UHGV virus genome: UHGV-0178365
Length of the DNA stretch: 42,064 bases
Strand: one strand, 5' to 3'
Source of the DNA: a virus
Below the pieces are notes generated by a model that did not search any database, had not been told where the DNA came from, and saw nothing but the letters and a program-made list of their open reading frames with translations. A program made the position numbers and the translations under genes. Below, in pieces: positions 24,422 to 34,965 of the stretch (position 1 is its first letter; each line of letters begins with the position of its first letter).

Positions 24422-26665
24422 TCATGCCTGCGCCTTCCGACCGACGGAGGCCCCGTCGATCCAGAACCCGCCGTGCTCCTTGATGCGGTTGCGCACCGTC
24501 TTCTCGGTCACGCCCATGAACTCGGACACGTCCTTGACGGTCACGCCGCCGCCCATGTCGCACGCCGAGAACGCCTCCTCGAGCGCCGCCCTGCGCTCCT
24601 TCTTGCGTTCCTCGGGGCTCTTGGTTCGCCGGTCCCTGCCGGCCTTCCCGGCCCACCTGTTGCCCTCGCCCTCCGGCTCCACGTCCGACAGCGCGCCCGT
24701 CGAGTCGGGGCGGTGCACCGGGTAGTCGAACCACAGGTTCAGCGGATCGAAGCGCGGGAACTCGCGCAGCGTGCCCTCGATGCGCCACGCCGTGCGGGCC
24801 TTGGCCGCCTCGCGGGCCGCGTGAACGGCCTCCAGCATGGCGGCCTCGCCCTGCCGGTCGAGCAGCGCCCGCGCGCCCTCTAGGAAGCGCTTGGCCGTGA
24901 GCCGGTCGTCGTCGCCGATCACGTCCCGCCATCCGTCCGGCCCGACGTCGGCCATGACGCGCTCCAGCGCCGCGCACGCGGCCGCGTCCTCCTGCTGCTG
25001 GCGCAGCGCGTCGGTCTGCTCGAGCTCGATCATGTCGAGCAGCGCGTCGGGGTCGCGGGCGAACACGCCGGACCCGCTCACGCGGTCCATGGAGCGCTTG
25101 GAGCCCTGGCTGCCCTTGGAGTGGTGGTGGCAGTACACGACGGCGCAGCCCAGCTCCGTGGCCACGCGGTCGAACTGGTTGCAGAACGCGGCCATCTGGT
25201 CGGCCGAGTTCTCGTCGCCGGTGATCACCTTGTAGATGGGATCGATCACCACCGCGATGGGCCGCGTCTTGAGCGCGCGCCGGATGAGCGACGGCGCCAG
25301 CTGGTCCATGGGCTTGCTCTTCCCGCGCAGGTTCCACACGTCGATGCTGGCCAGGTTCGACGGCTCGACGCCCATGGCCCCGTACACGTCGCGGAAGCGG
25401 TGCAGGCAGCTCGCCCTGTCCAGCTCCAGGTTGACGTAGAGCACCCGCCCCTTGGCGCAGCCGAAGCCGAGCCACGGCACGCCCTCGGCGATGCTCACGC
25501 ACAGCTCGATGAGCGCGAACGACTTTCCGGCCTTGCTGGGGCCGCCCAGCATCATCTTGTGGCCCTGGCGCAGCACCCCCTCGATCAGGGGAGGGGACAG
25601 CTCCGGCAGCGCGTCCCAGCAGTCGGCCAGGCTCTCGGGGTCGGGCAGGTCGTCGTTCTGCTCGTCGATCCACTCGCGCCATTCGGCCCACGACGCCTTG
25701 CCCGCGTCCACGGCAACGAGCCACTGCTTGCGGCCGGCGCGCGTCACGCCCGGCATCCTGGACAGGCGGCTCGGGTTCTTGTTCTGGACGTCGACCTTCA
25801 GCCCGTTCTCTCGGCACGTCGAGTAGAGCAGGTCGACGCGCTTGCGGTACTCGTCGTAGTCCTTGGCGTCCACGTGCACGACGGCGTGCACGCTCTTGCC
25901 GCCGCTGTGCACGATGGCCGCCGCTGGCAGCTCCAGCTCCCGCATGATGGCGAGCTGGCGGCCAACCGACATGTCGTCGCTCTCGACGAGCGCGTAGCGG
26001 TACTCCGCCACGTTGTCGTTGCGCACGCCGTTGCCGTCGAGCGGGTTGAACCGGATCCACGCGCCGCCGTCCTCGTCGTTCCAGCCGATGGACGAGGCCA
26101 GGTCGTCGTCGTACTTCCGCACGCGCTCGATGATCTCGCCCGCCGTCTCGGTGTGCGGCCCCTTGCCCGACGGCATGCGCCTGCCCTCGTTGTCCCACGA
26201 CTCGACCACGTAGCCCACGACCTCGCCGGGGTCGAACAGGGCCTCCAGGTAGGCTATCAGGTCGTCCGACCCCCGCCATTCCTCGCCCGGCTCCGCGAGC
26301 TCGGCGCTCTCCACCCACGTCGGGTCGACGATGCGCCCCGGCGCGGACGCCCCGCCCTGGACCTCGGTCACGTCCCAGCCGAAGGCCTCTCCCTTGTCCC
26401 AGGCGGGCGACCATCCCGCGTCGCGCGCCATCTGCACGAGCGTGCCGCCCTTGACCTCGTCCGCCCCGCGGCCGAAGCCCCTCCACTTCCGCGCGCACTC
26501 GCCGTCCTTGTAGCGGGCCGCGTCGCGCCGGCTCCAGTCGTCCCAGAGCGCCAGCGGCATCCCCTCGGCGTGCAGGGCCATGCCCGCGTGCAGCCACTCC
26601 TCGTAGCTGCACGCGGCGGGGTCGACCGCCGCAAGGCACTCCTCCAGATCGTATCCTTCGGTCAT
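24422..26665 (-). CDS. Bifunctional primase-polymerase with a C-terminal RepA/DnaB-like ATPase (AAA_25)
   Basis: N-terminal prim-pol region. Walker A GGPSKAGKS and Walker B VVIDPI. 747 aa. Confidence 0.75.
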   Translation of the reverse strand: MTEGYDLEECLAAVDPAACSYEEWLHAGMALHAEGMPLALWDDWSRRDAARYKDGECARKWRGFGRGADEVKGGTLVQMARDAGWSPAWDKGEAFGWDVTEVQGGASAPGRIVDPTWVESAELAEPGEEWRGSDDLIAYLEALFDPGEVVGYVVESWDNEGRRMPSGKGPHTETAGEIIERVRKYDDDLASSIGWNDEDGGAWIRFNPLDGNGVRNDNVAEYRYALVESDDMSVGRQLAIMRELELPAAAIVHSGGKSVHAVVHVDAKDYDEYRKRVDLLYSTCRENGLKVDVQNKNPSRLSRMPGVTRAGRKQWLVAVDAGKASWAEWREWIDEQNDDLPDPESLADCWDALPELSPPLIEGVLRQGHKMMLGGPSKAGKSFALIELCVSIAEGVPWLGFGCAKGRVLYVNLELDRASCLHRFRDVYGAMGVEPSNLASIDVWNLRGKSKPMDQLAPSLIRRALKTRPIAVVIDPIYKVITGDENSADQMAAFCNQFDRVATELGCAVVYCHHHSKGSQGSKRSMDRVSGSGVFARDPDALLDMIELEQTDALRQQQEDAAACAALERVMADVGPDGWRDVIGDDDRLTAKRFLEGARALLDRQGEAAMLEAVHAAREAAKARTAWRIEGTLREFPRFDPLNLWFDYPVHRPDSTGALSDVEPEGEGNRWAGKAGRDRRTKSPEERKKERRAALEEAFSACDMGGGVTVKDVSEFMGVTEKTVRNRIKEHGGFWIDGASVGRKAQA

Positions 26666-26677
26666 CCGTCCTCCTCT

Positions 26678-28324
26678 TTAGGCTCCGAGCCGGAGCGTCG
26701 GGACGCGCGCCGCGCGCGCTTCCCGGCTCGGCTCGTACGTCGCCGGGTCGATGCTCGCCGGAGTGCGCCATCCGTTGGCGGCGATGCGGCTGATGAGCGC
26801 CGACGCCTGGTCCATCGTCCACTCGCCGACGCGGCGGAACCCGCGTCCCTCCAGCTGCCTGATCTGCTTCGGGGTCGCCAGGCCCTCCGCCCGGCGCTTG
26901 GCTATCTTGTCCATCAAAAGCGACGCCTTGCCTGCGCACCCGATCTCGTCGGGGCAGATGCCGGCCTTCTCCAGCGCCTCCTTCTGCGCGTCGCTCGCCG
27001 GTGCCATCTCCCAGGCGAACTGCGGGACGTAGCCGGTGAGGTCCTCGGACGCTATCGACATCTCGAACTGCAGCGGGTCGACGAGTTTGCGCTTGCGCTT
27101 CCGCATGGACTCCAGCTGCTCGGCGAGCGCCCGCTCGCGCTCCTCCACGACGTCCTTGGCCGCCTCGCGCTCGACCTCCTCCAGGTCCTCGGGGCAGCCG
27201 GCCTGCTCCAGGCGCTCGGTCATGGCGCGGGCCACGTCCTCGCTTTCGGCGATCAGGTGCGCCGGCCGGCACAGCTCGTGGCGCTCGACGTGCCAGAGGA
27301 AGTCGAGCAGCAGCAGCTCCGTCTTGCCCGTCTCGGGGCTCAGGCGCGTGCCGCGCCCGACCATCTGGCAGTACAGCGAGCGCACCTTGGTCGGCCGCAG
27401 CACCACCACGCAGTCAACGCTCGGGCAGTCCCAGCCCTCGGTGAGCAGCATCGAGTTGCAGAGCACGGCGCCGCCGCCGGCCTCGTCGAACGCCGCGAGC
27501 GTCTCGGCCCGGTCGGCGCTCTCGCCGTTGACCTCCATTGCGCGGAAGCCCTTGGCCTCCAGGATCCCGCGGAACTTCTGCGACGTCTTGACGAGCGGGA
27601 GGAAGACCACCGTCTTGCGCTCCGCACACCCAGCCGCCAGCATCTCGTCGGCGATGCGCTCCAGGTACGGGTCGAGCGCCGTGCCGAGGTCGCCGGCCGA
27701 GTAGTCGCCCGACTGCGTGCGCACTGCGGCCAGGTCGATGGCCAGCGGCACCGTCTGCGCCTTGATGGGGCAGAGGTAGCCCTCCTTGATGGCGCGCGGA
27801 AGCGTGTACTCGTAGGCGATCGAGTCGAAGTAGGCGCCCAGGTCCCGGCGGTCTCCCCGGTCGGGCGTGGCGGTCACGCCGAGCACGTCCGCCCCGTCGA
27901 ACCAGTCCAGCACCGCCTGGTAGCTGGCCGACAGCGCGTGGTGCGCCTCGTCGACGATGATCGCGTCGAACCAGTCATGCGGGAACCGCTCGAGGCGCGA
28001 CGGCCGCATCATCGTCTGCACGCTGCCGACGGTCACGCGGAACCACTCGCCGACGCTCGTGCGCTCGGCCTTCTCCACGCTGCAGCCGAGGCCCGTCGCC
28101 TTGCCGATCTTGTCGGCCGCCTGGTCGAGCAGCTCGCCCCGGTGGGCGAGGACGAGCACGCGCCCGCCCCCGTCCACCACGTCCTTGGCCACCATCGCGA
28201 ACACGATGGTCTTGCCGCACCCGGTGGGGAGGACGAGGAGCGTCTTGGCGCGCCCCTCGTCCCACTCGCGCTCTACCGCCCTGCGCGCCTCCTCCTGGTA
28301 CGGCCTCAGATCGACCGCGCCCAT
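26678..28324 (-). CDS. SF2 DEAD/DEAH-box helicase
   Basis: LVLPTGCGKT (motif I), IIVDEAHH (motif II), GVTATP (motif III). Start MGAVDL overlaps the upstream stop. Confidence 0.8.
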   Translation of the reverse strand: MGAVDLRPYQEEARRAVEREWDEGRAKTLLVLPTGCGKTIVFAMVAKDVVDGGGRVLVLAHRGELLDQAADKIGKATGLGCSVEKAERTSVGEWFRVTVGSVQTMMRPSRLERFPHDWFDAIIVDEAHHALSASYQAVLDWFDGADVLGVTATPDRGDRRDLGAYFDSIAYEYTLPRAIKEGYLCPIKAQTVPLAIDLAAVRTQSGDYSAGDLGTALDPYLERIADEMLAAGCAERKTVVFLPLVKTSQKFRGILEAKGFRAMEVNGESADRAETLAAFDEAGGGAVLCNSMLLTEGWDCPSVDCVVVLRPTKVRSLYCQMVGRGTRLSPETGKTELLLLDFLWHVERHELCRPAHLIAESEDVARAMTERLEQAGCPEDLEEVEREAAKDVVEERERALAEQLESMRKRKRKLVDPLQFEMSIASEDLTGYVPQFAWEMAPASDAQKEALEKAGICPDEIGCAGKASLLMDKIAKRRAEGLATPKQIRQLEGRGFRRVGEWTMDQASALISRIAANGWRTPASIDPATYEPSREARAARVPTLRLGA

Positions 28325-28851
28325 CACATCTCGTAGGACGAGTGCGGGCGCGGAGCCGCTTGCTGCGGGGCGACCGGCAGGCTCGTCTGCTCGGGCGCGG
28401 CGGCCTGCTGCTCCGTCGGCCATTCGCACGGCTTGAGGTACGCGTCGATGTCGTTGGCCTGCCGGGTCTCGCCGTTGGACTGGTAGTCGCGCACCTTGAT
28501 CTTGACGTATCCCTGCTTGCCGACGGCCGCGTTCCAGTCGACCCGCACGCCGCCGGTCTGGGGGTCGCGGCCGAAGCCCAGCCCTTCGAAGAAGCGGGCG
28601 ATCCGCCATGCCATCTTGGTGTTGAGCATGAGACGGTCGACGACGGGCGCCCACCCCTGGCTCGTCCACACGTTGAGGGTCACCTTCGCGCGGGGGCACG
28701 CCTCCATCTTGTCGGAGCCCTCGAAGCGCTCGCGCTCGATCTTGGCCACCTCGAAGGCGTACGTTCCGGCGGGGAGCAGCGTGAACCCTCCGTCGTCCAC
28801 GACCTCGGTCACGTCCCAGTCGAGCGCCTGGCCCTTGTCGTTATCTGCCAT
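28324..28851 (-). CDS. DUF669-like phage protein (often paired with Sak4)
   Basis: Position and size. Gln/Pro-rich C-terminal tail. Confidence 0.4.
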   Translation of the reverse strand: MADNDKGQALDWDVTEVVDDGGFTLLPAGTYAFEVAKIERERFEGSDKMEACPRAKVTLNVWTSQGWAPVVDRLMLNTKMAWRIARFFEGLGFGRDPQTGGVRVDWNAAVGKQGYVKIKVRDYQSNGETRQANDIDAYLKPCEWPTEQQAAAPEQTSLPVAPQQAAPRPHSSYEM

Positions 28852-28865
28852 GTTTCAATCCTCTC

Positions 28866-30068
28866 TTAGATCTTTGTCATGTCCGGAGCGCCGAACGGTA
28901 CGGGCTCCGCTTCCTCGCGAATCGCTTTGATGTTGGCCACGCACTTGTCCCACTGCGCGACGATGCCGCCGAGCACGTAGTCCTCCGGATAGTTCTCGAC
29001 CGGGGTGTCCGGCGTGAAATGCCTCCTGTAGACTGCGTTCGCAACGATGTCGTCCAGGGTCACGCCGTCGCGCTCCATCAGCTGCAGCGCGGGAGCCCAG
29101 AAGTCGGGCAGGCCGGCCGCCTTGGATTTCGCCGTGTCGCTCACGACGCTGCCGTCGTCCGCGAACACGATGCTCTGCACCGGCTTCGGCGCAGCCGGCG
29201 CCGCCGGGGCAGGTGCCGCGGCTGCGGGGGCCGTCGGCGCGGCGGGGGCGGTCTTCGCGGGCGGCGCTGCCGGGGCAGCCGGGCGTGCGGGGACGGAGGC
29301 GCTCGCCGCCCGGACCCTGGACGCGGCCGGAGCCGCCGGCACGAACGCGGCGATCTGCGCGAAGTCGAGCGGCACCTGGGGCGGCAGGTCCCAGCGGTTC
29401 TTCGCGTCCCAGCAGGCGTGGTGCTGGGCGTGCAGCACCCGCTTCTGCCCGCCGCGCGCCTTGCCCTTAGAGCCCTTGCCCTCGCCGACGACCTCGACGA
29501 TCGTCTCGTAGTTGGCGAACAGCACGGCGTCGGCCCACTCCTTGGCCTTCGCGGCGTTGGACATCTTGGCCGCGTCGATGAGCGCGAGAGCCCACCGGTT
29601 GTAGCTCGCGGCCTCGTCCGGCTGGTCGAACTTGCGGACCGCGGCATGCGCCGTGAGCACCACGTTGACTCCGGCCTCGGCCACGTCGGAGAGCAGGTTG
29701 AGGAGCTTGCCGAACTCCTCCACGACGAACGTGTAGCCCTTGCCGTAGCCGGGATCCTCGATGCTCTTCCAGCTCTTCTCGTCGCATACGTGGCGGATCG
29801 CCAGCTGCTCGGCCCAGTCGGCCGTGTCGATCACGAGGGTCGCGCAGGGCCTGGTCTCCTTGACCTCCCGCACCTGGTCCAGAAGCATAGGCCAGCTCCG
29901 CGGCGTCTCGGTGCGGGCGACGTCGTAATGCTCGGTCGATCCCTCCGTGTCGATGAAGAGCGGGTCGGGGAACTTCGCCGCGAAGGACGTCTTGCCCACG
30001 CCCTCCGGCCCGTACACGATCACCTTCTGGGCCTTCGGCACGGCGCCGCGCGTGATGTTGAGCGCCAT
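28866..30068 (-). CDS. Sak4-like AAA_24 recombination ATPase with a Pro/Ala-rich linker
   Basis: VIVYGPEGVGKTSFAAKFPDPLFIDTEG N-terminus is characteristic of AAA_24. Confidence 0.65.
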   Translation of the reverse strand: MALNITRGAVPKAQKVIVYGPEGVGKTSFAAKFPDPLFIDTEGSTEHYDVARTETPRSWPMLLDQVREVKETRPCATLVIDTADWAEQLAIRHVCDEKSWKSIEDPGYGKGYTFVVEEFGKLLNLLSDVAEAGVNVVLTAHAAVRKFDQPDEAASYNRWALALIDAAKMSNAAKAKEWADAVLFANYETIVEVVGEGKGSKGKARGGQKRVLHAQHHACWDAKNRWDLPPQVPLDFAQIAAFVPAAPAASRVRAASASVPARPAAPAAPPAKTAPAAPTAPAAAAPAPAAPAAPKPVQSIVFADDGSVVSDTAKSKAAGLPDFWAPALQLMERDGVTLDDIVANAVYRRHFTPDTPVENYPEDYVLGGIVAQWDKCVANIKAIREEAEPVPFGAPDMTKI

Positions 30069-31448
30069 CTACATCACCCACTTGTCGGCTGGGAGGAGGA
30101 TCGGGACGCGCGCCGGCTCGTTCGCGTCCGTCCGGACGGTCGGGGCGTCGGCGAACTCGGGAGCGCGCTCGGCCGCCTGTCCGAGTTCCGCGCCGCCGTA
30201 TCCGTCCTCGATGACGATGGAGCATTCGCCGCCGGTGGACACGCGGGTGGCGATCACCTGCAGGCCCTCGCCCTCTGCCCACTCGCCGAACTCGCGCATG
30301 GTCTCGGCGTCCATCTGCTCCAGCTTGTCCACCAGCACGAACCCGCACTCCGGCTTGAGCTTGCGCACGATGGCGGTGGCGACGCGCAGCTGCTCGGACC
30401 CGCTCATGCAGTCCCACCTGCGGCCCTGGTAGGCCAGCAGCCCGTTCTCCACGGCGAGTCCCGGCAGAGGCAGGTCGGCCCCGTCGAGCAGCGCCATCTT
30501 GGACGCGCGCACGGCCTCGATCCGCTCGGTCATGTCGTCGTACTGCTCGGCCAGCTCCTCGGCCTCGCGCTCGGCGTCCGCGCGGCGCTGGTTGTCGCGC
30601 ACCTTGGCGTTGACCGCCTCGATCCGCTCGAGCTGCGCCTCGATCTCGGCTGTGGATTCGTCGTGCAGCTGCTCGGCGGTCTTGCTCGCGACGCCGAAGT
30701 CCTCGACCGACTTGAGGTACTCGACGTTGAGCGCGGCGCGCTCCGACTTGAGCTCGTCGATACGGCGCGTCAGGTCGGCGAGCTTGTCGCGCATCTGATC
30801 GCACCGGGCCTCGATGTTGCGCGCCTCCTCGCGCTTGCGCTGGTTCTCGCCGTTCCTCGCGAGGATCTCCTGCTGCGCCTGGATCAGCTCCATGGCGCTC
30901 ACGGGCTCGGTTGGGGCGTCCGGGTGCATGGGCATGTCGGCCGCCGCGCCCTTCTTCTGGTCGCGCATCTGGCCGACGCCGGTGCGCCGGTTGTAGAGCG
31001 CCTGCTCCTCGGCCTCCAGGCGCGCGAGCTCCTCGCCCACGCCGATGATGCCGAGCAGCGTCTTGGCCTTGTCCTTATCGCTCATCGCCAGGAACTTGGG
31101 AAGGTCGAGGGCGAGCGACTCGACGAACGAGTCCAGCAGCTGCTGGCCGCCCTTGCGCCCCTCGGGGTCGGTCACCTTGAGGGAGCCGGCCTTGCCCCTG
31201 CGCTCCACCACGATGCCGTTCGACAGCTGCACCTTGAGGTGAGGGTCGGTCGCGCTGCCCGCGCGCTTGGCCTCGCTCGGGCGCTTGCGGTCGCCGCCGA
31301 GCGCCCAGGCGATGGCGTCGAGCACGCTGGTCTTGCCCTGGCCGTTGCGCCCGCCGATGACGGTGAGCCCGCTCTCGGCCGGCTCCAGCGCCACCGCCTT
31401 GACGCGCTTGACGTTCTCGACCTCCAGGCTGTTGATCTTCACGGTCAT
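30069..31448 (-). CDS. SMC/SbcC/RecF-like AAA ATPase
   Basis: Walker A GRNGQGKTS, central coiled coil, signature-like MSGSEQ, Walker B VLVDKLEQMD. Confidence 0.6.
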   Translation of the reverse strand: MTVKINSLEVENVKRVKAVALEPAESGLTVIGGRNGQGKTSVLDAIAWALGGDRKRPSEAKRAGSATDPHLKVQLSNGIVVERRGKAGSLKVTDPEGRKGGQQLLDSFVESLALDLPKFLAMSDKDKAKTLLGIIGVGEELARLEAEEQALYNRRTGVGQMRDQKKGAAADMPMHPDAPTEPVSAMELIQAQQEILARNGENQRKREEARNIEARCDQMRDKLADLTRRIDELKSERAALNVEYLKSVEDFGVASKTAEQLHDESTAEIEAQLERIEAVNAKVRDNQRRADAEREAEELAEQYDDMTERIEAVRASKMALLDGADLPLPGLAVENGLLAYQGRRWDCMSGSEQLRVATAIVRKLKPECGFVLVDKLEQMDAETMREFGEWAEGEGLQVIATRVSTGGECSIVIEDGYGGAELGQAAERAPEFADAPTVRTDANEPARVPILLPADKWVM

Positions 31449-31449
31449 G

Positions 31450-32730
31450 CTACTCCTCCTCGTCTTCGTCGTGCGCCAGCGCGGACTCGCACAGGCTCTT
31501 CAGATCTATGTCTGCCGCGGTCGGCTCGTATCCGTCGGCTGCCAAGGCGGCGAGCCAGCCGAGGAAGCGCTCGACGTTCGACGCGTAGCATGGGCACCTG
31601 CCGTCCACGAGGGCATCGGAGATCCACGGATACAGCTCAGCATTGCCGGCGGCCATCATGTAGCCGTAGGCTGCCAGCCGGGGGCAGAACATGCCGTCGA
31701 CCTCGGTGCCGGTCGCACTCTCGAACTTGCTCACCTTCTCGCCGATGCCGCCGTATCCGGACAGCGCCGCGTCCTCGACCACCTCCATGACGCAGGGCAT
31801 GGACCCGAGGTCTTCGATGCGCGCGTGGAACCAGGCCAGGTGCGCGGCCTTCGCGGCTTCGATCGACTCCTTGACCTCGTCGACGCGGCGCTTCCGCTCC
31901 ACTTGCTCCGGATCGACCCTCTCCTCGTCGGCGGAGACGGGCTTGCAGATCTCGATCGCAGGTCCCGTTCCGGATTCGAGGATGTACGCGGCGCAGCCGT
32001 CGATCCCGGCGACCGCCTGCGCGAGGGCGTCGGGATCCTTCACGTCCTCGCACCACGACCACCCATCCTGGCTGTACAGGCGCTTCTCCGAGATCGCGAC
32101 TCCCGCGTCCTCGCATGCGCGGACGAGCGCGGCGCGGCGCTCGTCGCGCTGCATCCGCTGCCGCTCGGCTTTCGCGACGTCGCGCCATTCCTCCTCGCGG
32201 CAGCTCGTCAGCTTCTCGACGGCGGCGCCATCGCCGAGCTCCTCGAACTCGGCGATGGCCAGCATGCGGTCGAGGGTCATGTCGTCGCCGGCGTCGTCCA
32301 CGGCGGCGCGGGCGCGGCGCAGCTTGGCGGCGGCGCCCTTCGGCATGCGCCCGGCGCGCTCCACGCGCTCGGGATCCACGCCGAGCAGCAGCATCTGCTG
32401 CACGCCCCGGCTTCGCTCCACGTCGGTCAGAGGGCGCTTGTCGTCCGTGGCCACCATGGCGACCATCGCGTTCGCCTCGTCCATGTCGTCGCATACGACG
32501 GCATGGCAGCGGGCGAGCTTGTTCTTGCACATGGCCTTGTAGCGGCGCTCGCCGTCGACGATGCGGTAGATCCCGCCGTCCTCGACGACCACGATGGGGT
32601 TCACCGGCTCGCCGGGGTTGAGCGCGTTGAGCATGCAGCTCTCCGCGAGCGCGGCGATGTCGCCGAAGTCCTTGCGCGGATTCTTCTCGTCGGGGTACAC
32701 GTCGTCTATGCCGATCTCGCGTAATTCCAT
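31450..32730 (-). CDS. ParB-like nuclease domain protein
   Basis: N-terminal IVDGERRYKA (ParB/Srx GERR motif). Confidence 0.55.
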   Translation of the reverse strand: MELREIGIDDVYPDEKNPRKDFGDIAALAESCMLNALNPGEPVNPIVVVEDGGIYRIVDGERRYKAMCKNKLARCHAVVCDDMDEANAMVAMVATDDKRPLTDVERSRGVQQMLLLGVDPERVERAGRMPKGAAAKLRRARAAVDDAGDDMTLDRMLAIAEFEELGDGAAVEKLTSCREEEWRDVAKAERQRMQRDERRAALVRACEDAGVAISEKRLYSQDGWSWCEDVKDPDALAQAVAGIDGCAAYILESGTGPAIEICKPVSADEERVDPEQVERKRRVDEVKESIEAAKAAHLAWFHARIEDLGSMPCVMEVVEDAALSGYGGIGEKVSKFESATGTEVDGMFCPRLAAYGYMMAAGNAELYPWISDALVDGRCPCYASNVERFLGWLAALAADGYEPTAADIDLKSLCESALAHDEDEEE

Positions 32731-32770
32731 ATATCCTCCTCTGACTAGGTAAAACGTTGAAAAGTAACAC

Positions 32771-33331
32771 TCATTTCGATTTTCTGGGATTGGTGCCCAA
32801 GACCTCTCTCATCCGTTTGAGCCTGGTCTTCGCCGCGTTGTAGGGCAGCAGCAGCCTGCGGTGCTCCCACTCCTCCAGGGCGAGCAGGTAGGCCGTCTCG
32901 GCCTTGTCCCGCTCGTAGCGGCTCACGGGGCAGCTCTCACGCCTCTTCGGCCTGGGACCGAGGGACGAGGGGCGCGTGCCGCGCTTGGCCTCCTGGTCGT
33001 CGTAGGCGGCCCTTTGCCGAGGGGTCATCGATGCGTACACCTCGACGCACGCCGCCTCGCGGCCTGCGAGCTGCTCGCGCATCCGGCAGACGCGGCATCG
33101 GCCGTCCTTGTCGACGGCGGAGCGCCATCCGGCACACTCGTCGCACCATACGAGCCGGGTGCGGCAGCACCTCAGAGACAGGCCCAGGCGCTTGGCGGCC
33201 ATCTTGACGGCTCCGCTCGAGCGCTTGAGCTCGCGGCAGATGTCGCGGCGCGGGAGTCTGCCGGCCATGTCGCGCAGCCGGTCGATCTCGTCGGTCGTCC
33301 ACGGCCTCTGGGCCGAGCCCTTGCGCGTCAT
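32771..33331 (-). CDS. GcrA-like HTH DNA-binding protein with a Cys cluster
   Basis: WTTDEIDRLRDMAGRLPRRDICRELKRSSGAVKMAAKRLGL resembles the GcrA N-terminal domain. Start at M63 of the track ORF. Confidence 0.4.
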   Translation of the reverse strand: MTRKGSAQRPWTTDEIDRLRDMAGRLPRRDICRELKRSSGAVKMAAKRLGLSLRCCRTRLVWCDECAGWRSAVDKDGRCRVCRMREQLAGREAACVEVYASMTPRQRAAYDDQEAKRGTRPSSLGPRPKRRESCPVSRYERDKAETAYLLALEEWEHRRLLLPYNAAKTRLKRMREVLGTNPRKSK

Positions 33332-33714
33332 CGCGCGACCGCGCCCTTCGCGTGCCGCCAGCTGCGCGCCTCGGGGCGGCGCCCCGTGATGTCGGCGAAC
33401 ATGATCTGCAGCCATGCGGTGCCCGCCTGGCTGTCGAGCGCCTCGACGTACTGCGGGTGGATGCGCCATGCCAGGGACGGCTCGTCCATGACGAGCATGC
33501 GGCTCAGGCACGCCCAATGCGCCATGGCCATGGGCACGGAGATCATCGTGACCACGGGGGTTCCGGCGTCGGTCGTGCGGGCGATGCGCTGCACGTCGAG
33601 CTTGAGCGCGTCGTAGTTGGTGACGGCGGGGTTGACCATGGACGGCCTCTTGGCCCAGGCGACGGCCTCCTCGGCGGCCTGCACGGCGGGATTGCGCTCC
33701 ACGCCTACCACCAC
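33328..33714 (-). CDS. Hypothetical early protein
   Basis: ATGA coupling to the downstream gene. Confidence 0.3.
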   Translation of the reverse strand: MVVGVERNPAVQAAEEAVAWAKRPSMVNPAVTNYDALKLDVQRIARTTDAGTPVVTMISVPMAMAHWACLSRMLVMDEPSLAWRIHPQYVEALDSQAGTAWLQIMFADITGRRPEARSWRHAKGAVAR

Positions 33715-33814
33715 CCCTGGACGAGGCCCTGGGCGGCGACGACGATGATCGCGTACACGGCGGTGATCGCGGCGCCCAGGAACAGGAGCTCCGCGCGCGT
33801 CTTATCGTCCAGCC

Positions 33815-34135
33815 TCATGCGATCCCCGCCTTGCGCAGCAGCCATCCGGGCAGCTCGCTGACGATCACGCGGTACACGCTCTTGCCAGTCTTGAAACCCG
33901 GAAGGCGCTCGCTCGGGTTGGCGATCTTGCTCTGGCCGTGCAGGTAATCGTACGACAATCCGGTAAGATCGGCGGCTTCCTGCAGCGAGCAGGTCAGACG
34001 AGGGGACGCGGTTTCTGGCGGCGCATTCTTGATATCGTTGCCAGGTTTGGCTTCGATGGCTTGCATGTGGTATCCTTCCTCTTCGATGGCGGGCGTTCCT
34101 GCCAGGGATTGCCGCCCGCGATTGTCTGCGGCCAT
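33815..34135 (-). CDS. HTH_17 / excisionase-like DNA-binding protein
   Basis: LTCSLQEAADLTGLSYDYL...GKSVYRVIVSEL. Start may be the internal MQAIEA. Confidence 0.45.
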   Translation of the reverse strand: MAADNRGRQSLAGTPAIEEEGYHMQAIEAKPGNDIKNAPPETASPRLTCSLQEAADLTGLSYDYLHGQSKIANPSERLPGFKTGKSVYRVIVSELPGWLLRKAGIA

Positions 34136-34139
34136 GGCT

Positions 34140-34496
34140 TTACGCCGTGGCCTTTTTCGTCACCACGTAGCCCGGCAGGCGCATGTCCACGGCGGTGACG
34201 GAGCTCCCGTCCGCGCACGCGGCGTGCAGGGTGGCCTTGCAGGATCCGGTCGCCTTGCGCAGGACGATCTCGCGAACCTCGCGGCCGGCGCCGCCCTCCA
34301 GCGTGCCGATCTCGTCGCCCACCGCGACGGGCGTCCCGTACGCGTCGACGATCCCGATGCGCTCGCACGCCTCGACGGCGTCGACTATCACGGACGACCT
34401 CTCGGGCTTGCTGGACAGCCGCGCCTCGATGCGCGCAACGGCCTCTTTGAGATCCTCGAACTCGGCGAGGGTCGGGTATTTCCTCGGTGTCGTCAT
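34140..34496 (-). CDS. Hypothetical early protein
   Basis: First ORF of the early leftward operon. Confidence 0.35.
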   Translation of the reverse strand: MTTPRKYPTLAEFEDLKEAVARIEARLSSKPERSSVIVDAVEACERIGIVDAYGTPVAVGDEIGTLEGGAGREVREIVLRKATGSCKATLHAACADGSSVTAVDMRLPGYVVTKKATA

Positions 34497-34598
34497 GATT
34501 CACCTCCTTTCGCTGATCGGCGAACTTCGCGTTTCGAATAACCCGGAGGACGGCAGCGTGGTACGATGCGGCTTGGCTTGCGAGAGGGGGTGATTTTG

Positions 34599-34835
34599 AT
34601 GGAGAGCTTTCAATCGTTTCTCGATCATATCGACATCGATCAGCTGAGCGATTCGGTTATGAACGACAGCGAGGCTGCTGTTCGCCTTTCTCAAATTGCT
34701 CTGGGAGGCGAGCGGCCTGAATCATCTTCGCTGCAAGATGCACGGATGGCTTCAGCTTTTGCGACCCCGACGGTTCTGGGGATACTGGGGCTGTACCATG
34801 AGTGGCTTTGCGTTCAGCTGGAGCAACGGGGGTAG
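34599..34835 (+). CDS. Small hypothetical protein (MESFQSF...)
   Basis: Strong RBS GAGAGGGGGTGATTTTG before the ATG. Convergent with the cro-like gene; a hairpin lies between them. Confidence 0.35.
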   Translation: MESFQSFLDHIDIDQLSDSVMNDSEAAVRLSQIALGGERPESSSLQDARMASAFATPTVLGILGLYHEWLCVQLEQRG

Positions 34836-34965
34836 GGATTGTACGCGGGTGCTCGATGCCACGCTTGCCCGCGCGAATCCTCTCTATTGATCCCATGGCG
34901 GCTCCTTTCGGCTGCCGCCTTCCGGGCTATTCGATTCTCAAAGTTCATTACGTTAAAAGTAATTT

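Noticed and set aside
29140-29300. Pro/Ala-rich repetitive segment as a repeat element
   Set aside because: It is a low-complexity interdomain linker inside the Sak4-like gene, not a DNA repeat unit.
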